Below are positions 10,701-18,594 of a DNA stretch of 18,594 nucleotides, in pieces (the stretch's first letter is position 1; each line of letters starts with the position of its first letter). The notes beneath the pieces were generated by a model that was not told the origin of the DNA, ran no database searches, and saw nothing but the letters and a program-made list of their open reading frames with translations. The stretch is from Tubiluchus corallicola (taxonomy: Eukaryota > Animalia > Priapulida): positions 1 to 18,594 of the forward strand of contig JAQGDQ010002494.1 of the NCBI GenBank assembly GCA_030141605.1, read 5' to 3'. Both the position numbers and the translations under genes were made by a program.

Positions 10701-12019
10701 GCACGGTTAAGTAACACAGGATGACCTTTCAACACATTTTCTAATATATCCCATACTACGTGATCTTTTCTATCTACAACTTTTTTAGCAGATTTTACTG
10801 TTTTTACGATACCTCTTTCTATAAGTTTTCTGACAACAAAAGGTTTGAATAACTCTACTGCCATGTTTTTAGGCAGTCCGCATTCATGCATTTTTAACTC
10901 TGGACCAACAACAATTACCGATCTTCCTGAGTAATCTACCCTTTTCCCTAATAGATTTTGTCTAAATCTTCCTTGTTTCCCTTTAAGCATATCACTTAAA
11001 GATTTCAATGCTCTATTTCCCTCTGTTTTAACAGCATTTGCCTTTCTTGAATTATCTAATAGAGAATCTACAGCTTCCTGTAACATTCGCTTTTCATTTC
11101 TTAAAATGACTTCTGGGGCTTTGATACTTATCAGCTTTTTCAATCTATTATTTCTTATGATAACCCTTCTATACAAGTCATTTAAATCAGAAGATGCAAA
11201 CCTTCCTCCATCTAAAAGCACCAAAGGTCTTAGCTCTGGCGGTATCACTGGCAACATTTTAACTACCATCCACTCTGGTCTATTCTCCACTGCCCACGCT
11301 TGCTCCCTAAATGCTTCTACAATATTCAATCGCTTTAAGGCTTCTGCTTTTCTTTGCTGTGATGTTTCGTTAGCAGCCTGGTCTCTCAAAGTATAAGAGA
11401 GTTCATCCAAGTCTAATTTTGCAAGCAACATTTCTACCACCTCAGCTCCCATTTTAGCAATGAACTTATCTGGATTGTCGTTTTCTAATTGTTGATTTTC
11501 TTTTGGTAGTTTATCTATTATTTCTAAATATTCATCTTCTGTTAAAAAATCCAACTTTGCTATTCCTTCTTTTTCCATTATTCCTGGCTGCACAACTACA
11601 TACCTTTCATAATAAATAATTTGGTCTAATTTTTTAGAGGGCAGTCCTAAGAGATAACCTATTTTGTTAGGTAAAGCTCTAAAGTACCAAATATGCACAA
11701 CAGGAACAACAAGCTCTATATGCCCCATTCTACTTCTTCTCACTTTTTTTTCTGTTACCTCCACACCGCATCTATCACATACAATTCCTTTATATCTTAT
11801 TCTTTTGTACTTACCACAATGGCATTCCCAGTCTTTAACTGGTCCGAAAATTTTCTCGCAAAACAGCCCCCCCATTTCAGGGCGGTATGTTCTATAATTA
11901 ATAGTTTCTGGCAGAGTAACTTCACCAAAGGAAGCGTCTAACACCGATTCTGGAGATGCTAAACTTATCGTTATTGATGAAAAGTCAGAGCGTATTTCTG
12001 TATTTTTTTTAATTGCCAT
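7706..12019 (-). CDS. rpoC: DNA-directed RNA polymerase beta' subunit
   Basis: 1437 aa with Zn finger [19 protein letters not shown], catalytic NADFDGD, bridge helix [24 protein letters not shown] and trigger loop [13 protein letters not shown]. Confidence 0.99.
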   Translation of the reverse strand: MAIKKNTEIRSDFSSITISLASPESVLDASFGEVTLPETINYRTYRPEMGGLFCEKIFGPVKDWECHCGKYKRIRYKGIVCDRCGVEVTEKKVRRSRMGHIELVVPVVHIWYFRALPNKIGYLLGLPSKKLDQIIYYERYVVVQPGIMEKEGIAKLDFLTEDEYLEIIDKLPKENQQLENDNPDKFIAKMGAEVVEMLLAKLDLDELSYTLRDQAANETSQQRKAEALKRLNIVEAFREQAWAVENRPEWMVVKMLPVIPPELRPLVLLDGGRFASSDLNDLYRRVIIRNNRLKKLISIKAPEVILRNEKRMLQEAVDSLLDNSRKANAVKTEGNRALKSLSDMLKGKQGRFRQNLLGKRVDYSGRSVIVVGPELKMHECGLPKNMAVELFKPFVVRKLIERGIVKTVKSAKKVVDRKDHVVWDILENVLKGHPVLLNRAPTLHRLGIQAFQPKLIEGKAIQLHPLVCTAFNADFDGDQMAVHVPLGQEAVLEASILMLAAHNILNPANGNPIAVPSQDMVLGLYYLTKGRPSTPEFVVKGEGKLFASMQEVIIALNNGKLDKNAFIKLRAKTIDNEGKETTQIIDTVAGRIIFNQSVPEEVGYVNELLTKKKLQEIILEIFKVSGVTRTSKFLDDIKYLGFHHAYKGGISIGLEDIVDPGGKSKLILEAKEEVENIWNNYRMGLITDNERYNQVIDVWAKINSELTKKLMNKLEKDQQGFNTIFMMMHSGARGSREQIRQIGGMRGLMAKPQKSLLGSVGEIIENPIIANFKEGLDVIEYFISTHGARKGLADTALKTADAGYLTRRLVDVAQDVVVNEEDCGTLRGIRVRTLRDNEDTVEPLSERLLGRVSVHDVFDPITDELIVGANQEIVEEIAKKIDETSLDEIEIRSPLTCETKRGICEKCYGRNLATGKKAQKGDAVGVIAAQSIGEPGTQLTLRTFHVGGTASNIAVEATILAKFEGVITYEDVKHLDTKDEHGNDVRMVMGRSGEIKVVDAKSKKQLISNHVPYGSTLMVKEGDKVTKGDVLCQWDPYNAVILSEIDGTAKYEAIEENVTYREVTDEQTGHREKVIIDSKDKSKNPTIIVYSSEDKTFSYNIPVEAHLSVAEGDKVRAGQVLVKIPRITGKSRDITGGLPRVTELFEARNPSNPAVVSEIDGIVSYGGIKRGNREIFIEAKNGEVKRYMVSLSKYILVQDKDFIKAGTTLSDGAITPSDILAIKGPVAVQEYLVNEIQEVYRLQGVKISDKHIEVIVSQMMQKVEVIESGDTSFLPKQVVDKFLFREVNDSLFDKKVVVDPGDSTLLKKGQIITARRLRDENSSLKRRDLKIIKVRDPQPAVSKITLQGITQASLGTASFISAASFQETTKVLSEAAIRAKKDFLLGLKENVIVGHLIPAGTGIKDYENMVVTLEEDYNNLKEESASVSNEKAWLDVS

Positions 12020-12050
12020 AAATAATATATTAATTTAGGTGTTTCTAAGG

Positions 12051-15000
12051 TTAATTTAGTGTTATTTCAAGGGCTAATCCTCTTAACTCATGGACTAACA
12101 CATTAAAGGACTCAGGAACGTTAGACTTTATCATATTTTCTCCTTTCACAATAGCTTCATAAGCTTTTGCTCTTCCTATTACATCATCTGATTTGATAGT
12201 AAGAAGTTCCCTAAGAATATGCGATGCTCCAAATGCTTCCAGTGCCCACACTTCCATTTCTCCAAATCTTTGCCCTCCAAATTGAGCTTTTCCACCCAAA
12301 GGTTGTTGAGTGATTAGTGAGTATGGCCCCAAGGATCTTGCGTGCATTTTATCATCTACAAGGTGACCTAATTTCAGCATATATATAACTCCTACCGTGA
12401 CAGGTTGGTCAAACTTATCTCCTGTTAATCCGTCATATAATTCTGTACGTCCAAATGCTGGTAGATTTGCATTCTTCAATTCTTCTTGAACATCATCTAA
12501 TGTCGCTCCATCAAATATGGGCGTGGAATATCTTTTGTTCAAATTTAGTCCTGCCCAACCTAAAATTGTTTCATATATTTGTCCAAGGTTCATCCTCGAT
12601 GGCACTCCTAATGGATTCAACACAATGTCTACAGGTGTTCCATCAGCAAGAAATGGCATGTCTTCTTCTCTTACTATTTTTGCTATCACACCTTTATTGC
12701 CATGGCGTCCTGCCATCTTATCTCCCACTTTCAGTTTTCGTTTTTTAGCAACGTAAACCTTAGCTTGCCGTACTATGCCTGCAGGCAACTCATCTCCCAC
12801 CTCTAAAGTATATTGCTTTCTCTTGTAAACAACTACTAACTCATTCCATTTTTTGTTATAGGTCTTAACTAACGGTTTTATCAATTGATTAACATGCTCA
12901 TTTTCTATCCAATTCTCCACTAATAAATCTTGAAAAATATTTATTTCTTCGGGAACAGAATAAGCATCCGCCTCTCTATAATCATCTTGTGCTGGGAAAA
13001 AATTAGTCTCTATAATTTCGCGTTGAAACTTAACACCTTTAGCTACAACTTCGTGCCCAAATTTATGCTTTACTCCGTTACTTTTCTCACCTTTGAGCAA
13101 TACTTCTAGCTTATCAACCATTTGTCTTCTCAACGCCAACAGTGCATCAACATGTTGCTTTTTTAGAGCTAATAGCTCCTTTTTAACACCTTCATGTTGT
13201 TTTTTGCCCTTTACTGAACGGGTAAACAGTTTGGTTTCAACCACCACTCCTTCCAATGAAGGTGGTGCCTTTAAAGAGGCATCTTTCACATCGCCCGCTT
13301 TGTCTCCAAATATAGCTCTAAGTAGCTTTTCTTCTGCCGTAGGCTCTGATTCTCCTTTTGGAGTAATTTTTCCTATCAAGATATCCCCCTCTTTCACATG
13401 TGCACCTGTTCTTATTACTCCATCATCTTGAAGGTTTTTAACCGCCTCCTCACTAACATTAGGTATTTCAGAGGTAAATTCTTCCTCTCCACGTTTCGTA
13501 TCTCTAACTTCCAAAGAAAACTCTTCTATATGTACAGAAGTAAAAACATCTTCGCGAACTACTTTTTCTGATATAACAATAGCATCCTCAAAGTTATATC
13601 CTTGCCATGGCATAAATGCCACCATAAGGTTTTTCCCAAGAGCTAATTCTCCTCCTTGTGTTGCAAATCCTTCTGTTAATACTTGTCCTTTAGTTACTTT
13701 TTCTCCTTTTTTTACAATAGGGGTTAAATTAATACAGGTATCTTGATTGGTTCTTTTGAACTTAATCAAATCATATGTTACTATTCCTTTGTCAAAAGAG
13801 GTAACCTCTTCATCTTTTGATAAGTCATAATGTATTACTATTTTGCTTCCATCTACATACTCTACCACTCCGTTTTTTCCTGCAACAACCTGGGTTTTAC
13901 TGTCTTGCGTAACACGTTTTTCCATGCCCGTGCCAACAATAGGCGCTTCAGGTTTAAGCAAAGGAACAGCTTGTCGTTGCATATTTGATCCCATCAATGC
14001 TCTATTGGCATCATCATGTTCTAAAAATGGGATTAAAGAAGCTGCAACAGACACGATTTGATTGGGAGCAACATCCATATATTGCACGTTTTCTTTTGCC
14101 AAAATAGGATAGTCGCCCTCACATCTTGCTTTCACATTATCATTCACAAAAGTACCATCACTATTTAATAAAGCGTTAGCTTGAGCTATATTGTGAGTAT
14201 CTTCTTCTTCTGCTGTTAAGTACACCACATTGTCGTTGCGCACTTTTCCTTGTGATACTTTTCTATATGGAGTTTCTATAAATCCTAAATCATTGATTTT
14301 GGCGTGCACACATAAAGAGGATATAAGTCCAATATTGGGACCTTCTGGAGTTTCAATAGTACACAATCTTCCATAATGAGTATAGTGCACATCCCTTACC
14401 TCAAAACCCGCTCTTTCTCTTGAAAGTCCTCCTGGTCCTAGTGCTGACATTCTACGTTTATGGGTTATTTCAGCTAATGGATTGGTTTGATCCATAAATT
14501 GCGACAATTGGCTTGTTCCAAAAAAGGAATTTACTACAGATGAAAGTGTTCTTGCATTAATCAAATCAGAAGGCTTAAAGTCCTCATTATCTCTTACATT
14601 CATCCTTTCTCTTATCGTTCTTGCCATTCTTGACAACCCTACGCCAAATTGAGCATATAACTGCTCTCCAACTGTTCTAATTCTTCTGTTGCTCAAATGA
14701 TCAATATCATCAATTGATGCTTTTGAGTTGATTAAAACAATAAGATGTTTTACTATTTCTATAATGTCCGCTTTAGTCAACACTTTAGTATCAACAGGTA
14801 TGTTTAAATTCAATTTTTTATTGATTTTATACCTACCTACCTCTCCTAAATCATATCTTTTATCGCTAAAAAATAAACTTTGAATGATGTCTCTTGCTGT
14901 TTGTTCATCAGGAGCTTCTGTGTTTCTTAACTGTCGATATATTTGCTCTACCGCTTCTTTTTCTGTATTTGAGTTGTCTTTTTGTAGCGTGTTATATATG

Positions 15001-15923
15001 ATTTGATAATAAGATTGCGCTACTCCTTTTTTTCGTAGAATAACAGACTTGGTGGAAGACTCCTCTATAATTGGCAGATCTTCTTCCCTTATGACAGAGT
15101 CACGATCTAATAAGACCTCATGTCTCTCTATTGATACAACTTCCCCAGTATCTTCATCCACAAAGTCTTCTGTCCATGTTTTTAGTGTTCTTGCCGCTAA
15201 TTTTCTGCCTACAATTTTTTTTAAGTTTTGTGGTGTTATTTCTACTTCTTCTGAAAGTCCAAAAATATCTAAAATATCTTTGTCCGTTCCATACCCTATT
15301 GCTCGCAACAACATTGTTACAGGAAATTTCTTTTTTCTGTCAATATAAGCATGCATGACGCTATTGACATCGGTAGCAAATTCTATCCACGCTCCTTTAA
15401 ATGGGATAACCCTTGCCGAGTATAACGTTGTTCCATTTGTGTGTTTATTTTGAGCAAAAAACACACCTGGCGACCTATGTAGTTGGGATACAACTATTCT
15501 CTCTGCACCATTAATAACAAACGATCCTCTATCTGTCATATATGGGACATTTCCAAGAAAAACTTCTTGTTCTATGCTTTCAAAATCGTCATTATCCTCA
15601 TCATTACATGACAATTTCAATTTAGCTTTTAATGCTAAGGAATATGTAAGTCCTCTTCTTACACATTCTTCTGCAGAATATTTTGGAGGAGAAAAAGTAT
15701 AATCTATAAAGTCTAATACATAATTTTCTCTCGAGTCTGTAACGGGAAAATTTTCTTTAAAGACCTTATGTAGGCTTTCTTTTTTTCTTTGTCCTGCATC
15801 AGAGTCTACATCTAAAAACTTTTTAAATGACTCTACTTGAACATCTAGAAAATCAGGATAATCAATTACATGGCTTATTTTTGAAAACGATTTCCTTGAT
15901 GAGTTATTCATATTTTCTCCCAT
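12051..15923 (-). CDS. rpoB: DNA-directed RNA polymerase beta subunit (start uncertain: TTG 15926, ATG 15923 or ATG 15911)
   Basis: SQLHRSPG, rifampicin region [33 protein letters not shown] and [15 protein letters not shown] motifs. Confidence 0.99.
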   Translation of the reverse strand: MGENMNNSSRKSFSKISHVIDYPDFLDVQVESFKKFLDVDSDAGQRKKESLHKVFKENFPVTDSRENYVLDFIDYTFSPPKYSAEECVRRGLTYSLALKAKLKLSCNDEDNDDFESIEQEVFLGNVPYMTDRGSFVINGAERIVVSQLHRSPGVFFAQNKHTNGTTLYSARVIPFKGAWIEFATDVNSVMHAYIDRKKKFPVTMLLRAIGYGTDKDILDIFGLSEEVEITPQNLKKIVGRKLAARTLKTWTEDFVDEDTGEVVSIERHEVLLDRDSVIREEDLPIIEESSTKSVILRKKGVAQSYYQIIYNTLQKDNSNTEKEAVEQIYRQLRNTEAPDEQTARDIIQSLFFSDKRYDLGEVGRYKINKKLNLNIPVDTKVLTKADIIEIVKHLIVLINSKASIDDIDHLSNRRIRTVGEQLYAQFGVGLSRMARTIRERMNVRDNEDFKPSDLINARTLSSVVNSFFGTSQLSQFMDQTNPLAEITHKRRMSALGPGGLSRERAGFEVRDVHYTHYGRLCTIETPEGPNIGLISSLCVHAKINDLGFIETPYRKVSQGKVRNDNVVYLTAEEEDTHNIAQANALLNSDGTFVNDNVKARCEGDYPILAKENVQYMDVAPNQIVSVAASLIPFLEHDDANRALMGSNMQRQAVPLLKPEAPIVGTGMEKRVTQDSKTQVVAGKNGVVEYVDGSKIVIHYDLSKDEEVTSFDKGIVTYDLIKFKRTNQDTCINLTPIVKKGEKVTKGQVLTEGFATQGGELALGKNLMVAFMPWQGYNFEDAIVISEKVVREDVFTSVHIEEFSLEVRDTKRGEEEFTSEIPNVSEEAVKNLQDDGVIRTGAHVKEGDILIGKITPKGESEPTAEEKLLRAIFGDKAGDVKDASLKAPPSLEGVVVETKLFTRSVKGKKQHEGVKKELLALKKQHVDALLALRRQMVDKLEVLLKGEKSNGVKHKFGHEVVAKGVKFQREIIETNFFPAQDDYREADAYSVPEEINIFQDLLVENWIENEHVNQLIKPLVKTYNKKWNELVVVYKRKQYTLEVGDELPAGIVRQAKVYVAKKRKLKVGDKMAGRHGNKGVIAKIVREEDMPFLADGTPVDIVLNPLGVPSRMNLGQIYETILGWAGLNLNKRYSTPIFDGATLDDVQEELKNANLPAFGRTELYDGLTGDKFDQPVTVGVIYMLKLGHLVDDKMHARSLGPYSLITQQPLGGKAQFGGQRFGEMEVWALEAFGASHILRELLTIKSDDVIGRAKAYEAIVKGENMIKSNVPESFNVLVHELRGLALEITLN

Positions 15924-15981
15924 CAATATATTAATATTTTTAGCGTTGATAAATTATTGAACGTTATTTGCAAAACAAGAC

Positions 15982-16026
15982 AAAAAGACCTGGCATAGTG
16001 TAATTACTACAACTACTAACAGGTCT
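15982..16026 (-). terminator. Intrinsic terminator/attenuator-like hairpin between rplL and rpoB
   Basis: Minus-strand AGACCUG (16026-16020) pairs with CAGGUCU (15992-15986). The interior can extend the stem (GUAG/CUAU, UGUAG/UUACA), and the hairpin is followed by UUUUGUCUUGUUUU. Confidence 0.6.
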
Positions 16027-16078
16027 ACACAATGCCTTTTCTGTCATTTTATACAGTTTTAGCATGTTTTTTTTGCTT

Positions 16079-16459
16079 TTATTTTACTTCTACAGTTGCT
16101 CCTGCTTCTTCTAATTGCTTTTTCAAAGCATCAGCTTCGTCCTTTGTAACTCCCTCTTTCACTGGTTTTGGAGCTCCATCTACTAAATCTTTCGCATCTT
16201 TTAATCCTAAGCCTGTTAAGTCTTTTACCGCCTTAACAACTTTAAGTTTTTGGTCTCCAGCGCTTGCTAAAACAACGTCAAATGAAGTTTTTTCTTCTGC
16301 TGTACCACCGGCATCAGCACCACCACCTGCTGCTGAAACAGCTACTGCCGCCGCTGCAGGTTCTATGCCATGTTCTGTTTTTAATATGTCAGCTAGTTCA
16401 TTAACTTCTTTAACTGATAAACTTACTAACTGTTCTGCGAATGCTTTTAAATCTGCCAT
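16079..16459 (-). CDS. rplL: 50S ribosomal protein L7/L12 (bL12)
   Basis: Ala/Gly hinge, [23 protein letters not shown] and [11 protein letters not shown] motifs. Confidence 0.98.
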   Translation of the reverse strand: MADLKAFAEQLVSLSVKEVNELADILKTEHGIEPAAAAVAVSAAGGGADAGGTAEEKTSFDVVLASAGDQKLKVVKAVKDLTGLGLKDAKDLVDGAPKPVKEGVTKDEADALKKQLEEAGATVEVK

Positions 16460-16519
16460 TTTAATCTTCTTATTTTAATGTTTAAAACCAAGATAACTTA
16501 CTAATTATTTTTATTTTAT

Positions 16520-17055
16520 TTATTTTTTATCTGCAAGTGTCTTAACGATTCCTGCAAGTTTGTTTTTTCCACTCATAAGAGCCGAAATAAGATTTTTAGT
16601 TGGAGATTGTAATAAGGTTATAACCTCTCCAATAAGTTGTTCTTTTGTCTTGAGCTTAGACAAGGTGTCTAATATATTGCCCTCCACATATATCTCTGCT
16701 TCTATTACCGCTCCTTTTAAATAGGGTTTTTCTTTATTATTTGCTTTTAAGTAATTTTTAATAATTTTTGTGGCTTACTTATTTTTTCTTCTGTTGTATA
16801 AAGTATTGTTGTTGGGCCTTTTAAAATTTTTTTTTCATAAAGCAAAGAATAATCCGTTTCAAGCCTTTCCATAGCTTTTTTCAACAATGTGTTTTTCACT
16901 ACCTTACAAGACACTCCCTTATTATAACACATTTTGCGAAAATTATTTGTTTCTGCCACTGTAAGCCCACTCATATCAGCTAAATATAAGGTCTTATTGT
17001 TAGACAAATTGTCTACTAATTTTTCTATTTCTTGAGCTTTTTCCTCTCTATTCAT
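16520..17055 (-). CDS. rplJ: 50S ribosomal protein L10 (uL10); apparent 1-nt deletion frameshift near 16770
   Basis: The N-half has GLTVAE...VVKNTLLKKA. The -1 frame continues KIIKNYLKANNKEKPYLKGAVIEAEIYVEGNILDTLSKLKTKEQLIGEVITLLQSPTKNLISALMSGKNKLAGIVKTLADKK to TAA at 16522-16520. Corrected length is 178 aa. Confidence 0.95.
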
Positions 17056-17066
17056 TGTTAATATTA

Positions 17067-17756
17067 TTATATAGAATTTGTATCAATTATAATTCCTTTA
17101 CTCATGGTTGAGGACAAAGTCACACTTTTAATATAAGTTCCTTTAGATGCTGCAGGTTTATTTTTCTGAATTACATTTAATAATTTTGCTGCATTTTCTT
17201 CAATCATTTTTAGCGAAAAAGACACCTTCCCTATACTTGCGTGCACTATTCCTGCCTTGTCCACTTTAAACTCTATTTTTCCTGCTTTCACATCTGCTAC
17301 TGCCTTTCCTATATCAAGCGTTACAGTTCCTGCTTTAGGGTTAGGCATCAGCCCCCTAGGACCCAATATTTTCCCTAACTTTCCTACTTTCGCCATTACT
17401 GTCGGCATGGTAATAACTACATCTATATCCGTCCAGCCTCCTTCTATTTTTTTCACATAGTCATCCAATCCTACATGGTCTGCTCCTGCATTTTTGGCTT
17501 CTTCTTCTTTGTCGGGGGTGCATAATACCAGTACTCTTATTTTTTTTCCAGTACCATGAGGTAGTGTTGTTACCCCTCTTACTTGTTGGTCTGATTTCCT
17601 TGGATCTACCCCTAACCTTATATCCATATCGACGGAGGCATCAAACTTTGTATAGGTAATATCTTTTACCAATTGTACTGCATCTTTCAACAAATAAGGT
17701 TTAGTCAAATCATATTTTTGATCAATTGCCTTCTGTTTTTTTGTTAACTTTGCCAT
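17067..17756 (-). CDS. rplA: 50S ribosomal protein L1 (uL1)
   Basis: KFDASVD, LGVDPRK, LPHGTGK and [16 protein letters not shown] motifs. Confidence 0.98.
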   Translation of the reverse strand: MAKLTKKQKAIDQKYDLTKPYLLKDAVQLVKDITYTKFDASVDMDIRLGVDPRKSDQQVRGVTTLPHGTGKKIRVLVLCTPDKEEEAKNAGADHVGLDDYVKKIEGGWTDIDVVITMPTVMAKVGKLGKILGPRGLMPNPKAGTVTLDIGKAVADVKAGKIEFKVDKAGIVHASIGKVSFSLKMIEENAAKLLNVIQKNKPAASKGTYIKSVTLSSTMSKGIIIDTNSI

Positions 17757-17782
17757 TACAGTTATTTATCTAATATTTTTAT

Positions 17783-18208
17783 TTACTTTTTTTCTGCAAC
17801 TTGAATTCCCATGCTTCGCGCTGTTCCTGCAACCATCCTTGCTGCTGCATCTAATGAAAAGGCGTTTAAATCAGGCATTTTCATTTCTGCTATTTTGTTC
17901 ACCTGCTCCCATGTGACCATGGCCACTACATCTCTATTAGGTTCGGCAGAGCCTTTTTTAACTTTTGCGGCTTCCCTCAACAACACTGCCGCTGGCGGCG
18001 TCTTTATTACAAAATCAAAGGATTTATCTTTATAATAAGTAAGTAAAACGGGTAAAACTTGCCCTTGTTTATCTTGCGTTCTTGCATTAAACTGTTTGCA
18101 AAACTCCATTATATTCACTCCTTACTACCCAGTGCTGGACCAATATGGCGGTGCAGGGTTGGCTTGTCTTTTTTGCAATTTTAGGTATCCTTCTATTTTC
18201 TTTGCCAT
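17783..18208 (-). CDS. rplK: 50S ribosomal protein L11 (uL11); N-terminal part disrupted by compensating indels
   Basis: ATG at 18208 gives [29 protein letters not shown] is in the +1 frame, and the original frame resumes at [15 protein letters not shown], later KTPPA and GTARSMG. Confidence 0.93.
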
Positions 18209-18218
18209 TGTTATTTGT

Positions 18219-18594
18219 TTAATTTTGTTTTTCTACTTGAATGAAATTAAGTTCTAACGGAGTGCTTCGCCCAAATATTTTAACCATTACACTTAACTTC
18301 TTTTTGGACTCAAATACTTCTTGTATGGTGCCGTTAAATCCACTAAAAGGACCATCTACTTCCACCATTTCTCCTACAATAAAAGTTTCCTTCACTTCTT
18401 CTTCTCCTAATTCTCCTTCTTCCACCTTTCCTAATATTCTATTAATTTCAGAAACTCTCAAAGGCACTGGAGTTTTTGAAATTCCCATTCCGCCTTCTCC
18501 TAAAAACCCTAACACTCCTGGAACGCTTTTTATTGCATGTATTACTTCTCCATGCGATAAGTCGGCTTCTATCAACACATATCCTGGGAAAAAA
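18219..18594 (-). CDS. nusG: Transcription termination/antitermination factor NusG (5' part outside window)
   Basis: The frame is open to the window edge. It contains the NGN motif FFPGYVLIEA, KOW DGPFSGFNG and VKIFGRSTPLEL, and lies directly upstream of rplK. Confidence 0.96.
   Translation of the reverse strand, partial: FFPGYVLIEADLSHGEVIHAIKSVPGVLGFLGEGGMGISKTPVPLRVSEINRILGKVEEGELGEEEVKETFIVGEMVEVDGPFSGFNGTIQEVFESKKKLSVMVKIFGRSTPLELNFIQVEKQN

Noticed and set aside
14430-14530. Rifampicin-resistance alleles in rpoB
   Set aside because: The key Q, D, H, R and S residues in [22 protein letters not shown] are wild-type-like. The Ala at the E. coli 522 equivalent is a common natural variant.
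7706-15926. Intein, intron or rpoB-rpoC fusion
   Set aside because: Both ORFs are continuous, of normal size and separated by a stop and a 31-nt gap. I saw no splicing or endonuclease motifs.
15986-16036. Pseudoknot reading of the rplL-rpoB element (loop ACCU pairing with 3' AGGU)
   Set aside because: There are no linker nucleotides to span the 12-position stem, so the helices are better read as alternatives.
16300-16360. GC-rich trinucleotide-like repeats
   Set aside because: They encode the normal Ala/Gly hinge of bL12.
16460-16519. Possible promoter or repeat between rplJ and rplL (TATCTTGG; TTTTA repeats)
   Set aside because: It does not match TAnnTTTG and is a low-complexity AT-rich spacer.
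143-18035. All plus-strand ORFs in the ORF track (e.g. 143..541, 5399..5770, 5894..6283, 13093..13431, 16032..16478)
   Set aside because: They are antisense shadows of conserved minus-strand genes, rich in Ser/Phe/Leu, mostly with non-ATG starts and no recognisable motifs.
18122-18127. In-frame TAG TAA in rplK as a sign of stop-codon reassignment or readthrough
   Set aside because: The conserved peptide is present in the +1 frame, so indels explain it. TAA, TAG (rplC) and TGA (rplD) all act as normal stops here.
2137-18180. A shared programmed-frameshift system across rplB, rplJ and rplK
   Set aside because: The three sites share no slippery motif, long homopolymer or visible stimulatory element. 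Sequencing error is more parsimonious.

Overview
This AT-rich (roughly one-third GC by eye) window is core housekeeping DNA, with every real gene on the minus strand. In transcription order: nusG (5' end outside the window), rplK, rplA, rplJ, rplL, rpoB, rpoC, a DUF3467-like gene, rpsL, rpsG, fusA, rpsJ, rplC, rplD, rplW, rplB, rpsS, rplV, rpsC. Several features point to a Bacteroidota genome: no tuf between fusA and rpsJ, a DUF3467 gene after rpoC, TAnnTTTG promoters and starts without Shine-Dalgarno sequences. A Cytophagales-like lineage is likely, but that is inference. I found no mobile element, CRISPR array, RNA gene or accessory system. rplB, rplJ and rplK are broken by small indels, most likely consensus errors, though reads are needed to confirm. 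The most interesting unexplained structure is a nested, mutually exclusive terminator/antiterminator pair between rplL and rpoB. I do not see convincing evidence for a wholly new biological system.
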